Positions 48,264 through 59,112 of a stretch of 64,000 nt of DNA are shown here, in pieces (within the stretch, counting starts at the first letter, position 1; the number at the start of each line of letters is the position of its first letter). Below the pieces are notes generated by a model. It ran no database searches and was not told the DNA's origin. It saw only the letters and a list, made by a program, of their open reading frames with translations. The translations under genes and the position numbers were made by a program. The stretch is from Roseicyclus sp. (lineage in GTDB: Bacteria > Pseudomonadota > Alphaproteobacteria > Rhodobacterales > Rhodobacteraceae), in assembly GCF_018402035.1 (NCBI RefSeq), contig NZ_JAGYJN010000001.1, positions 746,327 to 810,326 on the forward strand, written 5' to 3'.

Positions 48264-49382
48264 ATGAAAAAAGCACTGATAACCGGCATCACTGGCCAGG
48301 ATGGCTCTTACCTTGCGGAGTTCCTGCTTGAAAAGGGCTATGAAGTTCACGGGATCAAGCGCCGTGCTTCCTCGTTGAACACGCAGAGGGTGGATCACAT
48401 TTACGAGGACCCACACGTAGCCAATGCGCGCTTCAAGCTGCACTACGGCGACTTGACTGACACGTCGAACCTTACACGGCTGATCCGCGACATTGAGCCA
48501 GATGAGATCTATAACTTGGGCGCGCAGTCCCACGTAGCGGTCTCTTTTGAGGCCCCTGAGTACACTGCTGATGTTGATGCCATTGGCACGCTGCGCATCC
48601 TCGAGGCAATTCGTTTCTTGGGCCTGGAGCAGAAGACCCGCTTCTATCAGGCCTCGACTTCCGAGCTGTTTGGCCTGGTGCAGGAGACACCGCAGCGCGA
48701 GACGACGCCGTTTTATCCCCGCTCACCTTACGCGGTGGCCAAAATGTACGCCTACTGGATCGCCGTGAATTACCGCGAGAGCTACGGGATGTATGCGTGC
48801 AACGGCATTCTGTTTAATCACGAGTCTCCGCGCCGTGGTGAAACTTTCGTGACACGTAAAATTACACGTGGGCTCTGCAATATTGCACTGGGCCTCGAGG
48901 ACTGCCTTTACATGGGCAACATCGACAGCCTGCGCGACTGGGGCCACGCCAAGGACTACGTGCGCATGCAGTGGATGATGCTCCAGCAAGATGTCCCAGA
49001 GGATTTTGTCATTGCGACGGGTGTGCAGTACTCCGTCCGCGAATTTATCAAGTGGTCTGGCCGCGAGCTGGGCCTCACAATCGAGTTCAGCGGTGCCGGC
49101 GTTGAGGAAATTGGCACAGTCACCGCCATTGAGGGCGACCTGGCCCCCGCTCTCTCCGTAGGTGACGTCGTTATGCGGATCGATCCGCGGTACTTCCGGC
49201 CGGCAGAAGTTGAGACCTTGCTCGGTGACCCCACCAAGGCGAAAGTTAATCTTGGATGGGTGCCCGAGATTACCGCCCAGGAAATGTGCGCAGAGATGGT
49301 CGCGGAAGACCACAGGGCGGCGCGCCGCTCGAAACTTTTAAAAGAGCACGGGCTGGAACTTCCCGTCTCACTTGAGAACTAG
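48264..49382 (+). CDS. gmd: GDP-mannose 4,6-dehydratase
   Basis: [33 protein letters not shown] and [10 protein letters not shown] (YxxxK); 372 aa. Confidence 0.95.
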   Translation: MKKALITGITGQDGSYLAEFLLEKGYEVHGIKRRASSLNTQRVDHIYEDPHVANARFKLHYGDLTDTSNLTRLIRDIEPDEIYNLGAQSHVAVSFEAPEYTADVDAIGTLRILEAIRFLGLEQKTRFYQASTSELFGLVQETPQRETTPFYPRSPYAVAKMYAYWIAVNYRESYGMYACNGILFNHESPRRGETFVTRKITRGLCNIALGLEDCLYMGNIDSLRDWGHAKDYVRMQWMMLQQDVPEDFVIATGVQYSVREFIKWSGRELGLTIEFSGAGVEEIGTVTAIEGDLAPALSVGDVVMRIDPRYFRPAEVETLLGDPTKAKVNLGWVPEITAQEMCAEMVAEDHRAARRSKLLKEHGLELPVSLEN

Positions 49383-49392
49383 GGCGACGACT

Positions 49393-50352
49393 TTGACTAA
49401 GTATTACATCGCAGGGCACCGCGGCATGGTGGGCGGCGCAATATTCCGGCAACTCCAGGCCGCTGGCGAGACAAATATCGTCACCCGCACCCACGCGGAA
49501 CTGGATTTGACCAACCAGCTCGCCGTCCGGGACTTCATGCAGGCGGAGCGGCCCGACGTCGTGATCTTGGCCGCGGCAAAAGTTGGCGGCATCAACGCCA
49601 ACAACACCTACCCCGCGGACTTTATTTACGAAAACCTGATGATTGAGTGCAATGTCATCCACGAGGCCTTCGGTGCCGGCGTCCAAAAGCTTCTCCAGTT
49701 GGGCTCGTCGTGCATCTACCCCAAGGCAGTACCGCAACCGATGCGCGAGGACGCCCTGCTAACTGGCACCCTTGAGCCGACCAATGAGCCCTACGCCGTT
49801 GCGAAAATTGCCGGCATCAAGCTCTGTGAGAGCTACAATAGGCAACACGGCGTGGACTACCGCTCGGTCATGCCGACTAATCTTTACGGGCCCGGAGATA
49901 ACTTCCACCCAGACAACAGCCACGTGATGCCCGCCCTCATCCGCCGGTTCCACGAGGCGGCTCGGGATGGCCTCGCAGAAGTTGTCATCTGGGGGAGCGG
50001 CACCCCGCGGCGTGAGTTTTCGCACGTGGACGACATGGCCGCGGCCTCGCTCTTTGTGCTGAACCTGCCCAAGGACACATACGCAAAGAATACAGACCCG
50101 ATGCTGAGCCACATTAACGTTGGCACTGGCGTGGATATTTCCATATTTGAGCTGGCCCAGCTTATTGCCAGGGTGACTGGGTTTACGGGAAAGATCAGCA
50201 CTGACCCCACGAAACCTGACGGGACGATGCGCAAGCTTATGGACGTGGGGCGCCTGGCCCAAATGGGGTGGAGCGCGGGCATACAGCTCGAGCAGGGCCT
50301 GGCGGATACTTACGAGTGGTATCTCGCTAATATAGAGACAGTTCGAGCGTGA
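49393..50352 (+). CDS. fcl: GDP-L-fucose synthase
   Basis: [20 protein letters not shown] and YAVAKIAG motifs. There are two possible TTG starts, at 49372 (ORF track) and 49393; I chose 49393 because it lies after the gmd stop. Confidence 0.9.
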   Translation: MTKYYIAGHRGMVGGAIFRQLQAAGETNIVTRTHAELDLTNQLAVRDFMQAERPDVVILAAAKVGGINANNTYPADFIYENLMIECNVIHEAFGAGVQKLLQLGSSCIYPKAVPQPMREDALLTGTLEPTNEPYAVAKIAGIKLCESYNRQHGVDYRSVMPTNLYGPGDNFHPDNSHVMPALIRRFHEAARDGLAEVVIWGSGTPRREFSHVDDMAAASLFVLNLPKDTYAKNTDPMLSHINVGTGVDISIFELAQLIARVTGFTGKISTDPTKPDGTMRKLMDVGRLAQMGWSAGIQLEQGLADTYEWYLANIETVRA

Positions 50353-50365
50353 GGAAATAACTACG

Positions 50366-51814
50366 ATGACAGAACTCATACATCCCGTCCTGCTCTGCGG
50401 CGGCTCCGGCACGCGGCTCTGGCCTCTATCTCGCAAGTCGCACCCGAAGCAGTTTGTGAAGCTTCTGGGCGAGGAGAGCCTCTTCCAGTCGTCGGCACGC
50501 CGACTCTCTGGCGCCGGCTTTGCCGCGCCATCTGTCGTGACTGGCTCTGATTTTCGCTTCATGGTGGTTGAGCAGCTTGCCGCCGTTGAGATTGCGCCAC
50601 AAAATATTCTGATTGAGCCATCTGCGCGCAACACAGCCGCTGCAATCTGTGCCTCAGCTGTGGCACTTGATGCCCAAAATGGTAACAGCCTGATGCTCGT
50701 CGCCCCGTCGGACCACGTCATTCCCGACGCGGAACAGTTTAAGTCAACTGTTGAGGCGGCGGCAGAGACCGCTCTTGATGGGAAAATTGTAACCTTCGGC
50801 ATTCGCCCCGACCGCGCCGAAACGGGCTACGGCTGGCTGGAGCTTACGGCGCAGCCCTCCGACGACTTCGCCCCCGTAGCGCAGCCACTGAAATCGTTTG
50901 TTGAAAAGCCCGACGCCGAAACTGCCGAGGCCCTATTGGGTAGCGGCATGCACTTATGGAATGCGGGTATTTTCCTCTTCTCGACATCAACCATTCTGAG
51001 TGCCTTTGCTGAGTTCGCACCGGAAACACTTTCTAAAGTGCGTGACGCATTTAGCGCCGCCGAGACTGATCTTGGTTTCACACGACTGGCTGCTGGGCCC
51101 TGGTCTGCCCTCGACGACATCTCAATCGACTACGCCGTCATGGAGCGCGCCCCAAACCTCTCCGTGATGCCCTACGACGGCTCATGGTCAGACTTGGGAG
51201 ATTGGCAGGCCATTTGGCGTGAGGGAGAAGCTGACAGCGCCGGCGTAGTGATGAGCGGGCCGTCCACGGCCCTAGACTGTACGAACACCTTGCTGTATGC
51301 GACCAGTGAAACCCAACACCTTGTCGCAATGGGGCTCGAGGACATCATCGCAGTGTCGATGCCAGACGCCGTCCTCGTGGCGCACAAGGACCGCGCCCAA
51401 GACGTCAAGCTCGCCGTCGCAAATCTAAAGGCAAAGGGCGCGGCACAGGCGGAGACCCTGCCCCGCGACTACCGCCCCTGGGGCTGGTACGAAAGCATTG
51501 CGCTTGGGCCACGGTTTCAGGTGAAGCGGATAGTTGTAAATCCGGGCGCTGCGCTTTCACTTCAGTCCCACAACTACCGCTCCGAGCACTGGATTGTAGT
51601 CGCGGGCACCGCGAAGGTTACAATTGACGACGACGTCAAAACAGTGACCGAGGACCAATCGGTCTACATTCCCCTCGGCGCAGTGCACCGCATGGAAAAC
51701 CCAGGCAAACTGCACCTCACTTTAATTGAAGTGCAAACGGGCAGCTACTTTGGTGAGGATGATATCATTAGGTACGATGACATCTACGCCCGCGGACAAG
51801 GTGCAAAGGGTTAA
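50366..51814 (+). CDS. manC: mannose-1-phosphate guanylyltransferase / mannose-6-phosphate isomerase
   Basis: PVLLCGGSGTRLWPLSRK plus a C-terminal cupin (HNYRSEHWIVVAGTAKV...PLGAVHRMENPG); 482 aa. Confidence 0.9.
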   Translation: MTELIHPVLLCGGSGTRLWPLSRKSHPKQFVKLLGEESLFQSSARRLSGAGFAAPSVVTGSDFRFMVVEQLAAVEIAPQNILIEPSARNTAAAICASAVALDAQNGNSLMLVAPSDHVIPDAEQFKSTVEAAAETALDGKIVTFGIRPDRAETGYGWLELTAQPSDDFAPVAQPLKSFVEKPDAETAEALLGSGMHLWNAGIFLFSTSTILSAFAEFAPETLSKVRDAFSAAETDLGFTRLAAGPWSALDDISIDYAVMERAPNLSVMPYDGSWSDLGDWQAIWREGEADSAGVVMSGPSTALDCTNTLLYATSETQHLVAMGLEDIIAVSMPDAVLVAHKDRAQDVKLAVANLKAKGAAQAETLPRDYRPWGWYESIALGPRFQVKRIVVNPGAALSLQSHNYRSEHWIVVAGTAKVTIDDDVKTVTEDQSVYIPLGAVHRMENPGKLHLTLIEVQTGSYFGEDDIIRYDDIYARGQGAKG

Positions 51815-51987
51815 TACATCTGATTGCTATGAGATCTGCTTCACAGGCATCGGAGCGTTTCAATATAGGTGATACAAACAGCCTAATTAAAACAACTATG
51901 GGATCTGACTTTCGGGTATCAGATATTAAGGTTGGATAGGATGTGTGTTTTCCAACAGCGCAACAAAGAAGAATTGAGACTTATTTT

Positions 51988-53154
51988 ATGAAAATCGTTG
52001 TTGTAGGTCTAGGTTATGTAGGACTGTCGAATGCGGTGCTATTAGCTCAGCACAATGAAGTCATTGGCGTTGACATTTCGCAAGATCGCGTAGCTACTCT
52101 TAATGCACGGAAGTCACCAATAGTTGATGTGGAGCTTTCCAAATATCTGGCAAAAAAGGACTTAAACCTATCCGCGACCACGGATTTGAAAGGCTCGCTC
52201 CCTGGCGCTGATTATGTCATTGTGTCGACACCTACCAATTATGATGAAAAAACAAACTTTTTTGACACGTCCTCTGTTGAAAATGTGATTGCTCAGGTTG
52301 TTGATCTCGAACCTAGTGCCTGCGTGGTCGTGAAATCTACAATACCGGTTGGCTTTATCGAGAAAGTAAGAAAGCGTCTAAAAACGGATGGGGTGATCTT
52401 TTCGCCTGAATTTTTGCGTGAGGGCCAGGCGTTGTACGATAATTTATATCCTAGTCGTGTAATTGTAGGCGAGAAATCAGAGCGCGCAACTTTATTCGCC
52501 AATCTGCTCTTGGCCGGTGCAAAAAAATCTAATATAGATGTGTTGTTTACCGGTGCGTCCGAAGCCGAGGCAATTAAATTATTTGCCAATACCTATCTTG
52601 CAATGCGGGTCGCATTTTTTAATGAACTAGACAGTTACGCACTTGCCGGCAAAATGAATAGTCGCGAGATTATTGAAGGGGTATCGCTCGACCCACGTAT
52701 TGGTAACCACTATAATAATCCTTCTTTTGGATATGGCGGGTATTGCTTGCCGAAAGATACTAAGCAGTTGCTAGCGAACTATGAGGCGGTACCTCAAAAT
52801 ATCATACGAGCGATAGTAGACGCAAATTCAACTCGCAAAGAATTCTTAGCAGATACGATTATCAGAACACAATCGAAGACCGTTGGAATCTACCGCCTTA
52901 CTATGAAAAACGGGAGTGATAATTTCCGACAGAGTTCTGTTCAAGGTATAATCCGGCGGATTAAATCGAAAGGTATTGAAGTGATCATTTATGAACCAAC
53001 ACTAGATGATCCGTATTTTCTCAATTCACGCGTAGAACAAGATCTTGGGACGTTCATAGATAGCGTTGATCTTATTTTAGCAAACCGTCTTACGGCCGAG
53101 CTGATGACTGCATCCCAAAAAGTATTCACACGAGATTTGTTTCATACAAATTAA
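51988..53154 (+). CDS. ugd: UDP-glucose 6-dehydrogenase
   Basis: [21 protein letters not shown] (Rossmann fold) and [10 protein letters not shown] (catalytic Cys). ATG at 51988. Confidence 0.9.
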   Translation: MKIVVVGLGYVGLSNAVLLAQHNEVIGVDISQDRVATLNARKSPIVDVELSKYLAKKDLNLSATTDLKGSLPGADYVIVSTPTNYDEKTNFFDTSSVENVIAQVVDLEPSACVVVKSTIPVGFIEKVRKRLKTDGVIFSPEFLREGQALYDNLYPSRVIVGEKSERATLFANLLLAGAKKSNIDVLFTGASEAEAIKLFANTYLAMRVAFFNELDSYALAGKMNSREIIEGVSLDPRIGNHYNNPSFGYGGYCLPKDTKQLLANYEAVPQNIIRAIVDANSTRKEFLADTIIRTQSKTVGIYRLTMKNGSDNFRQSSVQGIIRRIKSKGIEVIIYEPTLDDPYFLNSRVEQDLGTFIDSVDLILANRLTAELMTASQKVFTRDLFHTN

Positions 53155-53207
53155 AATATGTTTGTACTATTGCTGGCCGTGGTACCAGCAATCTAACAGC
53201 AACCAAA

Positions 53208-54950
53208 GTGACGCTAAAGAGAAAGCTAAAATTGATTAAAACAATAATTCAACTTATGAATCTGTTTCTTCTTATGGATGAAAATTACATTAGAAAAGTT
53301 ATTTTCATTTCCTCATTGAGTTCTGTAATGATGCTCCTCGAACTAGCAAGTTTGGGCTCTCTATACGCTTTTATAAATTCTGCCTTTGACCCTCAAGCCT
53401 TATTATTAGCACAACAGAATGTTAATATAATACTCAATCAAGATTTTAATGAAATTTTTATATTTTATACAATCTCAACAATATTGTGTGTTTTTGTTTC
53501 ACTTTCTGCAATTGCCAAAATAGCTATACTAAACCAACAATTAAAATTTGCGCAAATTACTGGTGTGAACCTATCAAGCTTTCTTATAAACAGAATTTTT
53601 AATAATAAATTTTTGAAAATCAAGTCAACGAATTCAAATGAACTTGTTGCTCTCGTCACCACCAAAACGAACAGAATTGTGAACCAAGCCTTAAGTCCTT
53701 TATTACAAATGATTTCAGCTGCACTAATAATATTATCTGTGATTATCTTTTTAATCATTATAAATCCAATTTCGACAATTATGATTTTTGTCAGCCTAAC
53801 AGCATTCTTTTATATAACAACAAAATTTACAAGGCCACGTTTACACCAAGCATCAATTGTCATGAACGCGAACCTAACGAAATCAATTGAGATTGCAAAA
53901 AATACGATTTCCAATATCAGAGAAATCATCTTGGAAGATAAAAAAGATGACGTCACAGAAGCTTTTTTTTCAAATGAAAAAGCATACAGATATCAGCAAC
54001 GCCTTGTTCAATTATACGCTTTGGTTCCAAAGCATATCTTAGAAATGATTTTAATTCTATTAGCTGTAATATATCTTAGCATAAGCCATGATCCGCAAGA
54101 TGGTATCCAAACCGACATAGGCTTCATAGCAATTTTGATTTACGCTGCGCAAAGGTCACTTCCATTGTTCCAACAGATTTACGCTGGCTTTACACAAATA
54201 CAGTCAAATCAGCATATTATAAAAGATATGATCACTTACATACAAAACTGTGACAATATAAGTTATGGCTCAGACGCACTAGTATTCACAGAAACTATTA
54301 CTTTTGAAAGTGTTGCGATCCAGCTCTCTGATCGATTTAAAATGAAAGAAATAAATCCCATAATTCACAAAGGAGATGTAATTGGTGTTATTGGTCCAAC
54401 TGGGCATGGTAAAAGTACATTTATTGATTTGTTATGTGGCTTAATCCCCCCAGAAAAAGGACGTATTATCATTGATGGTGTGCCACTTACTGTAAAAAAC
54501 ATGAAAAATTGGCAGCATGGAATCGCGCTCGTTCCACAAGTCCCATATTTTGAAAAGCGCAAGCTAGGTGAAAACTTTTCAAGCAAGGGCCCTCATTCTA
54601 GTACCGAGCACATCCGTAAATCACTTGCATTAGCAGGGCTCACATCCATCTTTGATATCGAGCGTGATTATGATTTAGATATTGGTGAAAATGGCTCTCT
54701 TTTATCGGGCGGCCAACGACAAAGACTAGCAATAGCAAGAGCTATTCATAAAGAATCCGATTTGATTATCTTAGACGAAGCAACCTCTGCTCTGGATAGC
54801 ATAACAGAGAAACAAGTCTTAACGGAAATTATTACCAATAAAAAACCACACGTTACAATTATCTTAATTACCCATAATCAACAAAACTTAAAATATTGCA
54901 ATCGTGCGCTGAAAATCATGGATGGTGACATAGTTGAAATTGAGTTGTGA
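53208..54950 (+). CDS. fused TMD-NBD ABC exporter (MsbA/PglK-like; candidate glycan flippase/exporter)
   Basis: About six N-terminal TM segments, then Walker A GPTGHGKST, signature LSGGQRQR and Walker B LIILDEATSALD. GTG start at 53208. Confidence 0.8.
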   Translation: MTLKRKLKLIKTIIQLMNLFLLMDENYIRKVIFISSLSSVMMLLELASLGSLYAFINSAFDPQALLLAQQNVNIILNQDFNEIFIFYTISTILCVFVSLSAIAKIAILNQQLKFAQITGVNLSSFLINRIFNNKFLKIKSTNSNELVALVTTKTNRIVNQALSPLLQMISAALIILSVIIFLIIINPISTIMIFVSLTAFFYITTKFTRPRLHQASIVMNANLTKSIEIAKNTISNIREIILEDKKDDVTEAFFSNEKAYRYQQRLVQLYALVPKHILEMILILLAVIYLSISHDPQDGIQTDIGFIAILIYAAQRSLPLFQQIYAGFTQIQSNQHIIKDMITYIQNCDNISYGSDALVFTETITFESVAIQLSDRFKMKEINPIIHKGDVIGVIGPTGHGKSTFIDLLCGLIPPEKGRIIIDGVPLTVKNMKNWQHGIALVPQVPYFEKRKLGENFSSKGPHSSTEHIRKSLALAGLTSIFDIERDYDLDIGENGSLLSGGQRQRLAIARAIHKESDLIILDEATSALDSITEKQVLTEIITNKKPHVTIILITHNQQNLKYCNRALKIMDGDIVEIEL

Positions 54951-55440
54951 ATATCAGGAATTTACTAACCTTTCTGCAAGTGTTATCTCCGGTCGAGGAT
55001 TGGCCTCCAAGCAGCTAGCTCCAATAAAAGAATTAGACAAGTATGGATTTTTTCCAGGTAGCTTAAACCTAATAATAAATGAACCAACAAGATTTGAAGC
55101 AAACAAGTGTGCAATTGCAACCTTCGATGTGACTCATCGATATTTTTGGCAAGCAAGAATAGACGACATTGACGTATTTTTGTACAGATGGCGTGGGAGC
55201 CGCCTTCACACCGTGGAGATAATGGCGCCAGTCAATCTCAGAAGCCATTTCGGGTTGTACGATGGAGCTTCTGTTAAAATTGAAGTTTCGAAAAAGATTA
55301 TCAGCCCAGTTCAAGTTCGTGACCGATTGCTTTACCAATTATTATGGTCAATGGGCCGACAGTCATGGCCCTATCAGAGTGAATTATACCAATCGTTCGT
55401 AAAATATCTTGAAGCAGCTGTAGGGACGCTACAAAGATGA
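54934..55440 (+). CDS. DUF120-like protein (fold of archaeal CTP-dependent riboflavin kinase)
   Basis: ISGRGLASKQL...GFFPGSLNLIINEP and VEIMAPVNLRSHFGLYDGASVKIEV parallel the GxG...PYxGTLNL and EIIAP..LR..F.L.DGD blocks of MJ0056-type kinases, from memory. A TTG start overlaps the ABC gene end. Confidence 0.5.
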   Translation: MKLSCEYQEFTNLSASVISGRGLASKQLAPIKELDKYGFFPGSLNLIINEPTRFEANKCAIATFDVTHRYFWQARIDDIDVFLYRWRGSRLHTVEIMAPVNLRSHFGLYDGASVKIEVSKKIISPVQVRDRLLYQLLWSMGRQSWPYQSELYQSFVKYLEAAVGTLQR

Positions 55441-56849
55441 TACTAAATCCAGAGTGTTTATTGGTTTGCGGCAAGCCGAGAACCACTGATCTTGAACTAA
55501 TCGCTAATATGAATACTTCTGTTCATAATAATGTATTATTTTGGTCTAATATTACGTCCAAGTCTGCTTTTGACAAGTTTGAACAACTGAATGTACTCTA
55601 CAAATCAAATAATATTTACGACGATCCAGAATACACAATCGTACCACGGGAGGACAAGTATAAGGAATTTCTTACGTTTTTCCAATCAGAGTACTTCAGT
55701 GACGCGCTTCATGTATCTGATCGAGTATATCCACTCAACTTGAGTTATAATAACGCCTTAGCATGTGTATACGAAACATATACAAAAGTGGTGTGCTACT
55801 TAGAATATATTAAACCGAAAACGGTATTGTTAGATAATACACCACATGATTTGTACGCTCTGTGCATTTTTGCATATTGCAAATTGTCTAGCATTAAAGT
55901 CCAATTTATCAAAAGTGGGCAGCATATCGATGACTTTCTTACTTACCTTTGCTCAAATATATCTTTGGTAGATTATGATCAATGCTACTCACTATCATCG
56001 TGTGAAAACGTATCGGTCCAAATTATCAATAACTATAATGAACGTTTGGCTACCAACACACCAGATTATATGTACTCCAACGGCACTTACGTGCGCGAGA
56101 ATATTGTAAAGAGAAAAATTCGTCAAAGCTTGCGTTTTTTGAAACTTAGAATATTTGCAAAATTTCTTGGGTCAAAATGGCCCTCTTTGTGGTCAAATAG
56201 AACTGAGTTTCAAAAGTTTCTAAACGATACCACACGCGAGAATATCTTCTATTTTCCATTACATTACCAACCGGAAGCAACTACTAAGCCCTTTGCTGGT
56301 ATCTTCGCCAGTCAATTTATTGTTTTCAAAAGAATATTAGATAATCTGAGGGAAGGCGATTATATTGTCATCAAAGAACATCCGGCGATGTCTTTGTCGA
56401 ACTTTTTAAATGTACGTAGATATCGAAGTCCGTTATACGAAAGATATGCCAGACATCCGCAAGTCAAATTCGCTCCGATATTTTATTCGAACGCAGAAAT
56501 TTTGTTAAGATCTCAAAACGTTATATCTATAGCTGGCACAACCTTATTAGAGGCTTCAGGTGGTACACACATAATTACATCTTTAATTCCAAATAGATAT
56601 GATGATCATCATCTTATTTCTGGCCTACCGTTGTACCAAAAGAATATTACCGACATTAGCGCTTATCAATCCGCTCAGTCTGAGCGCGATAAGGCATATC
56701 ACAATAGCTTTACCCAATTTACGCCACCAGTGGCGCGCATAGACGTCGACGGTTGGCGTGAACGTGACAAAAAAGACCGAATGTGGCGGGTGTTGGCGCA
56801 TCTTTTAGAACAAAGAATTTCTCAACACGATGGATTTTCCAATGTCTGA
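55437..56849 (+). CDS. hypothetical protein, possible GT-B-like polysaccharide biosynthesis enzyme (470 aa)
   Basis: ATGA overlap with the upstream gene. The block FYFPLHYQPEATTKPFAG...YIVIKEHPAM is reminiscent of capsule-synthesis/GT-B enzymes, but the family is not identified. Confidence 0.6.
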   Translation: MILNPECLLVCGKPRTTDLELIANMNTSVHNNVLFWSNITSKSAFDKFEQLNVLYKSNNIYDDPEYTIVPREDKYKEFLTFFQSEYFSDALHVSDRVYPLNLSYNNALACVYETYTKVVCYLEYIKPKTVLLDNTPHDLYALCIFAYCKLSSIKVQFIKSGQHIDDFLTYLCSNISLVDYDQCYSLSSCENVSVQIINNYNERLATNTPDYMYSNGTYVRENIVKRKIRQSLRFLKLRIFAKFLGSKWPSLWSNRTEFQKFLNDTTRENIFYFPLHYQPEATTKPFAGIFASQFIVFKRILDNLREGDYIVIKEHPAMSLSNFLNVRRYRSPLYERYARHPQVKFAPIFYSNAEILLRSQNVISIAGTTLLEASGGTHIITSLIPNRYDDHHLISGLPLYQKNITDISAYQSAQSERDKAYHNSFTQFTPPVARIDVDGWRERDKKDRMWRVLAHLLEQRISQHDGFSNV

Positions 56850-58062
56850 ACTTCATGGCTTTGCTTTGTGGGACAGAGCGTCTCATCATTTTGATATGAT
56901 GAGAGACTATCTCAACAACAGATTCGAGATACAGCACATATATAAAATTGAGTGGCCCATTGAATATGTGGCAACAAACTTCAATAGACTATACGGCAGA
57001 GATCTCCGGCTAAACGAGAGCCGTCACCTCCAAGTCGGGCAAGGTCCGTTTCATTACTTTATTGTTAAAGATAACCTCCCGAATTATCGATTTCATAAAA
57101 ATGTTTCTGGTAAAGTAGAATTTGTTAATTGCAATATCATTGATGCTAAATACACTCTGCGTGACCGGACCGCTGACGAATTTAAATATTACGTACATTC
57201 TTCGAATAGTGTATCTGAATTTAATAAAGACGCAAAACTAATTTTAGGTAGTAACTTTATACTACCAAATTCAAAATCTTTACACATCATTGATAAAGCG
57301 TGTAATTTTCCGGGCGCTGATGGGTGGACATCTGTCGATGAGGCATTTGCATTTTGCTCTCAAATCCAGAAAATTGTACTTCTCCGTGGCGATAAGAACA
57401 ATTTAGAAAATGAAACTGAAATTGATATATTATGCGAGGATCCATGGGTTGTTGCTGGCATACTTAATGCGAAGAAGATCTCTAGAGAAAATCATAAATA
57501 TGACTTTTGCCTTCAGTTGAAAGACGGCCAAACCATCAAATTAGATATAAGATGCATATCGGATGACTATATTCCAAGCGTTTGGGCATCACATATATAC
57601 AGAAATGCCATTGAAACATCGGGCTTGTCCATCATTGACACCCAAAACCAGTACTTTTTAAATCTATATCATGAGTTCCTTCATAAAACCGTTTCGAGGG
57701 ACGAAAAATTAATCGAATTAATAGACCAGCGCAATAAGCTATTTTTCAAGCCGTTACCAAGTCAATCGACGCAGGAACTAGTTAGTGAACTTAGAGGATA
57801 TCTAATAGATAGAAATTATTATGTAACACGACCAAAAGATGTTGATGTTGATTTTAATAGAAAGATATTAACAGAACTATTACCAGCAGTCACAATTGAA
57901 GCTTTAGATTTTAGGACAAGGGCAAGTCATAAACTGAAATTGGGACTATCGCAAATTATAAAAGATACCCTACGGGTCAGCATATTACAGCAATTTTGGC
58001 AACTATTCCGAGACACCAAACTTGGCCTAAAAATTAGAAAAATTAAGAATAGGTTTTTATAG
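56830..58062 (+). CDS. hypothetical protein (410 aa)
   Basis: 20-nt overlap with the upstream gene. No motif recognised. Confidence 0.6.
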   Translation: MDFPMSELHGFALWDRASHHFDMMRDYLNNRFEIQHIYKIEWPIEYVATNFNRLYGRDLRLNESRHLQVGQGPFHYFIVKDNLPNYRFHKNVSGKVEFVNCNIIDAKYTLRDRTADEFKYYVHSSNSVSEFNKDAKLILGSNFILPNSKSLHIIDKACNFPGADGWTSVDEAFAFCSQIQKIVLLRGDKNNLENETEIDILCEDPWVVAGILNAKKISRENHKYDFCLQLKDGQTIKLDIRCISDDYIPSVWASHIYRNAIETSGLSIIDTQNQYFLNLYHEFLHKTVSRDEKLIELIDQRNKLFFKPLPSQSTQELVSELRGYLIDRNYYVTRPKDVDVDFNRKILTELLPAVTIEALDFRTRASHKLKLGLSQIIKDTLRVSILQQFWQLFRDTKLGLKIRKIKNRFL

Positions 58063-58065
58063 GGT

Positions 58066-59097
58066 ATGAAAAATATTGTTATCTATCCTTATTACGCAGA
58101 TAATCCATACCAGAACATGATAGAGAGCAATATAGGTATAGATGATGTCAATTTTATAAATATCCAATTCAAAGACATAGCAAATATTATTTGCTATCTT
58201 ATTGGGATAAAGCAAACGGATATAATTCACTTTCATTGGGTAAACAATGTTACTCAGACTAGAAATCCAATTGCATCAATCTTATTAACTTTTCTTTTCA
58301 GCATGGCGTTAATCTTTAACTATTTTTTTGTAAAAGCTATCGTTTGTTACACGATGCACAATCGGCGGTCACATTACAAGAAATTAGTTTTTTTAGACCG
58401 AATTTTTACCATATTCGTAGTATTCTTTAGTCAATACGTGATTGTACATGCCGAATTTCAGCGTAAATATGTGAATATAAAATTTCGCAAAAAGATGACC
58501 AATATCATAGTGATGAAACATGGAGTCTATGACCTGCCATGTTTGCAAACCTCAGAAAAAATTGTCAGCGCAGCTGATATACCTGTTTTTCTCTATTTTG
58601 GGCGGATCAGTGAGTATAAAAACTTGTTAGAGGTGGCAGGCATTATTGCACGTCAAAATTGTAAGCTGATTATACTAGGTAAATGTACCTCTGCCTCAAT
58701 AACAACTGAACTTTCGACCCTTATGGATAAAAGCCCAAACCAAATCGAGTGGGAGAATAGAGAGTTTACCGAAGCTGACCTTATACTGAAATCACATAAA
58801 GCTGACTATATAGTGTTGCCTCAGCCGGAAGTGTTCACTTCTGGTAGCGCGATGTTGGCATTGAGTTTGGGTAAACCAATTTTAGCACACCAATCTGAGT
58901 TTTACACTGAGATATTTGGAAAATGTATAGTCCAGTACAATCAAGTAAAGTGCTTGGAGAGAATGGATACTTATCTAAGTGCACTCAACAAAACACGTGT
59001 TGATGATTTGAAATTACTGGAGGCTGAGTACAAGTGGTCACGAACGATTGTTCCGCTCAGGAACATCTACATGAATATACTTTGCTTGCAAGATTAA
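58066..59097 (+). CDS. putative glycosyltransferase (GT-B, GT4-like C-terminal half)
   Basis: VFLYFGRISEYKNLLEV ... FTSGSAMLALSLGKPILAH; 343 aa. Confidence 0.5.
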   Translation: MKNIVIYPYYADNPYQNMIESNIGIDDVNFINIQFKDIANIICYLIGIKQTDIIHFHWVNNVTQTRNPIASILLTFLFSMALIFNYFFVKAIVCYTMHNRRSHYKKLVFLDRIFTIFVVFFSQYVIVHAEFQRKYVNIKFRKKMTNIIVMKHGVYDLPCLQTSEKIVSAADIPVFLYFGRISEYKNLLEVAGIIARQNCKLIILGKCTSASITTELSTLMDKSPNQIEWENREFTEADLILKSHKADYIVLPQPEVFTSGSAMLALSLGKPILAHQSEFYTEIFGKCIVQYNQVKCLERMDTYLSALNKTRVDDLKLLEAEYKWSRTIVPLRNIYMNILCLQD

Positions 59098-59112
59098 GAG
59101 AGTAAGTTGCGT

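Noticed and set aside
49759-50802. 347-aa minus-strand ORF across fcl/manC
   Set aside because: It is antisense to two well-supported sugar-nucleotide genes and has no motifs.
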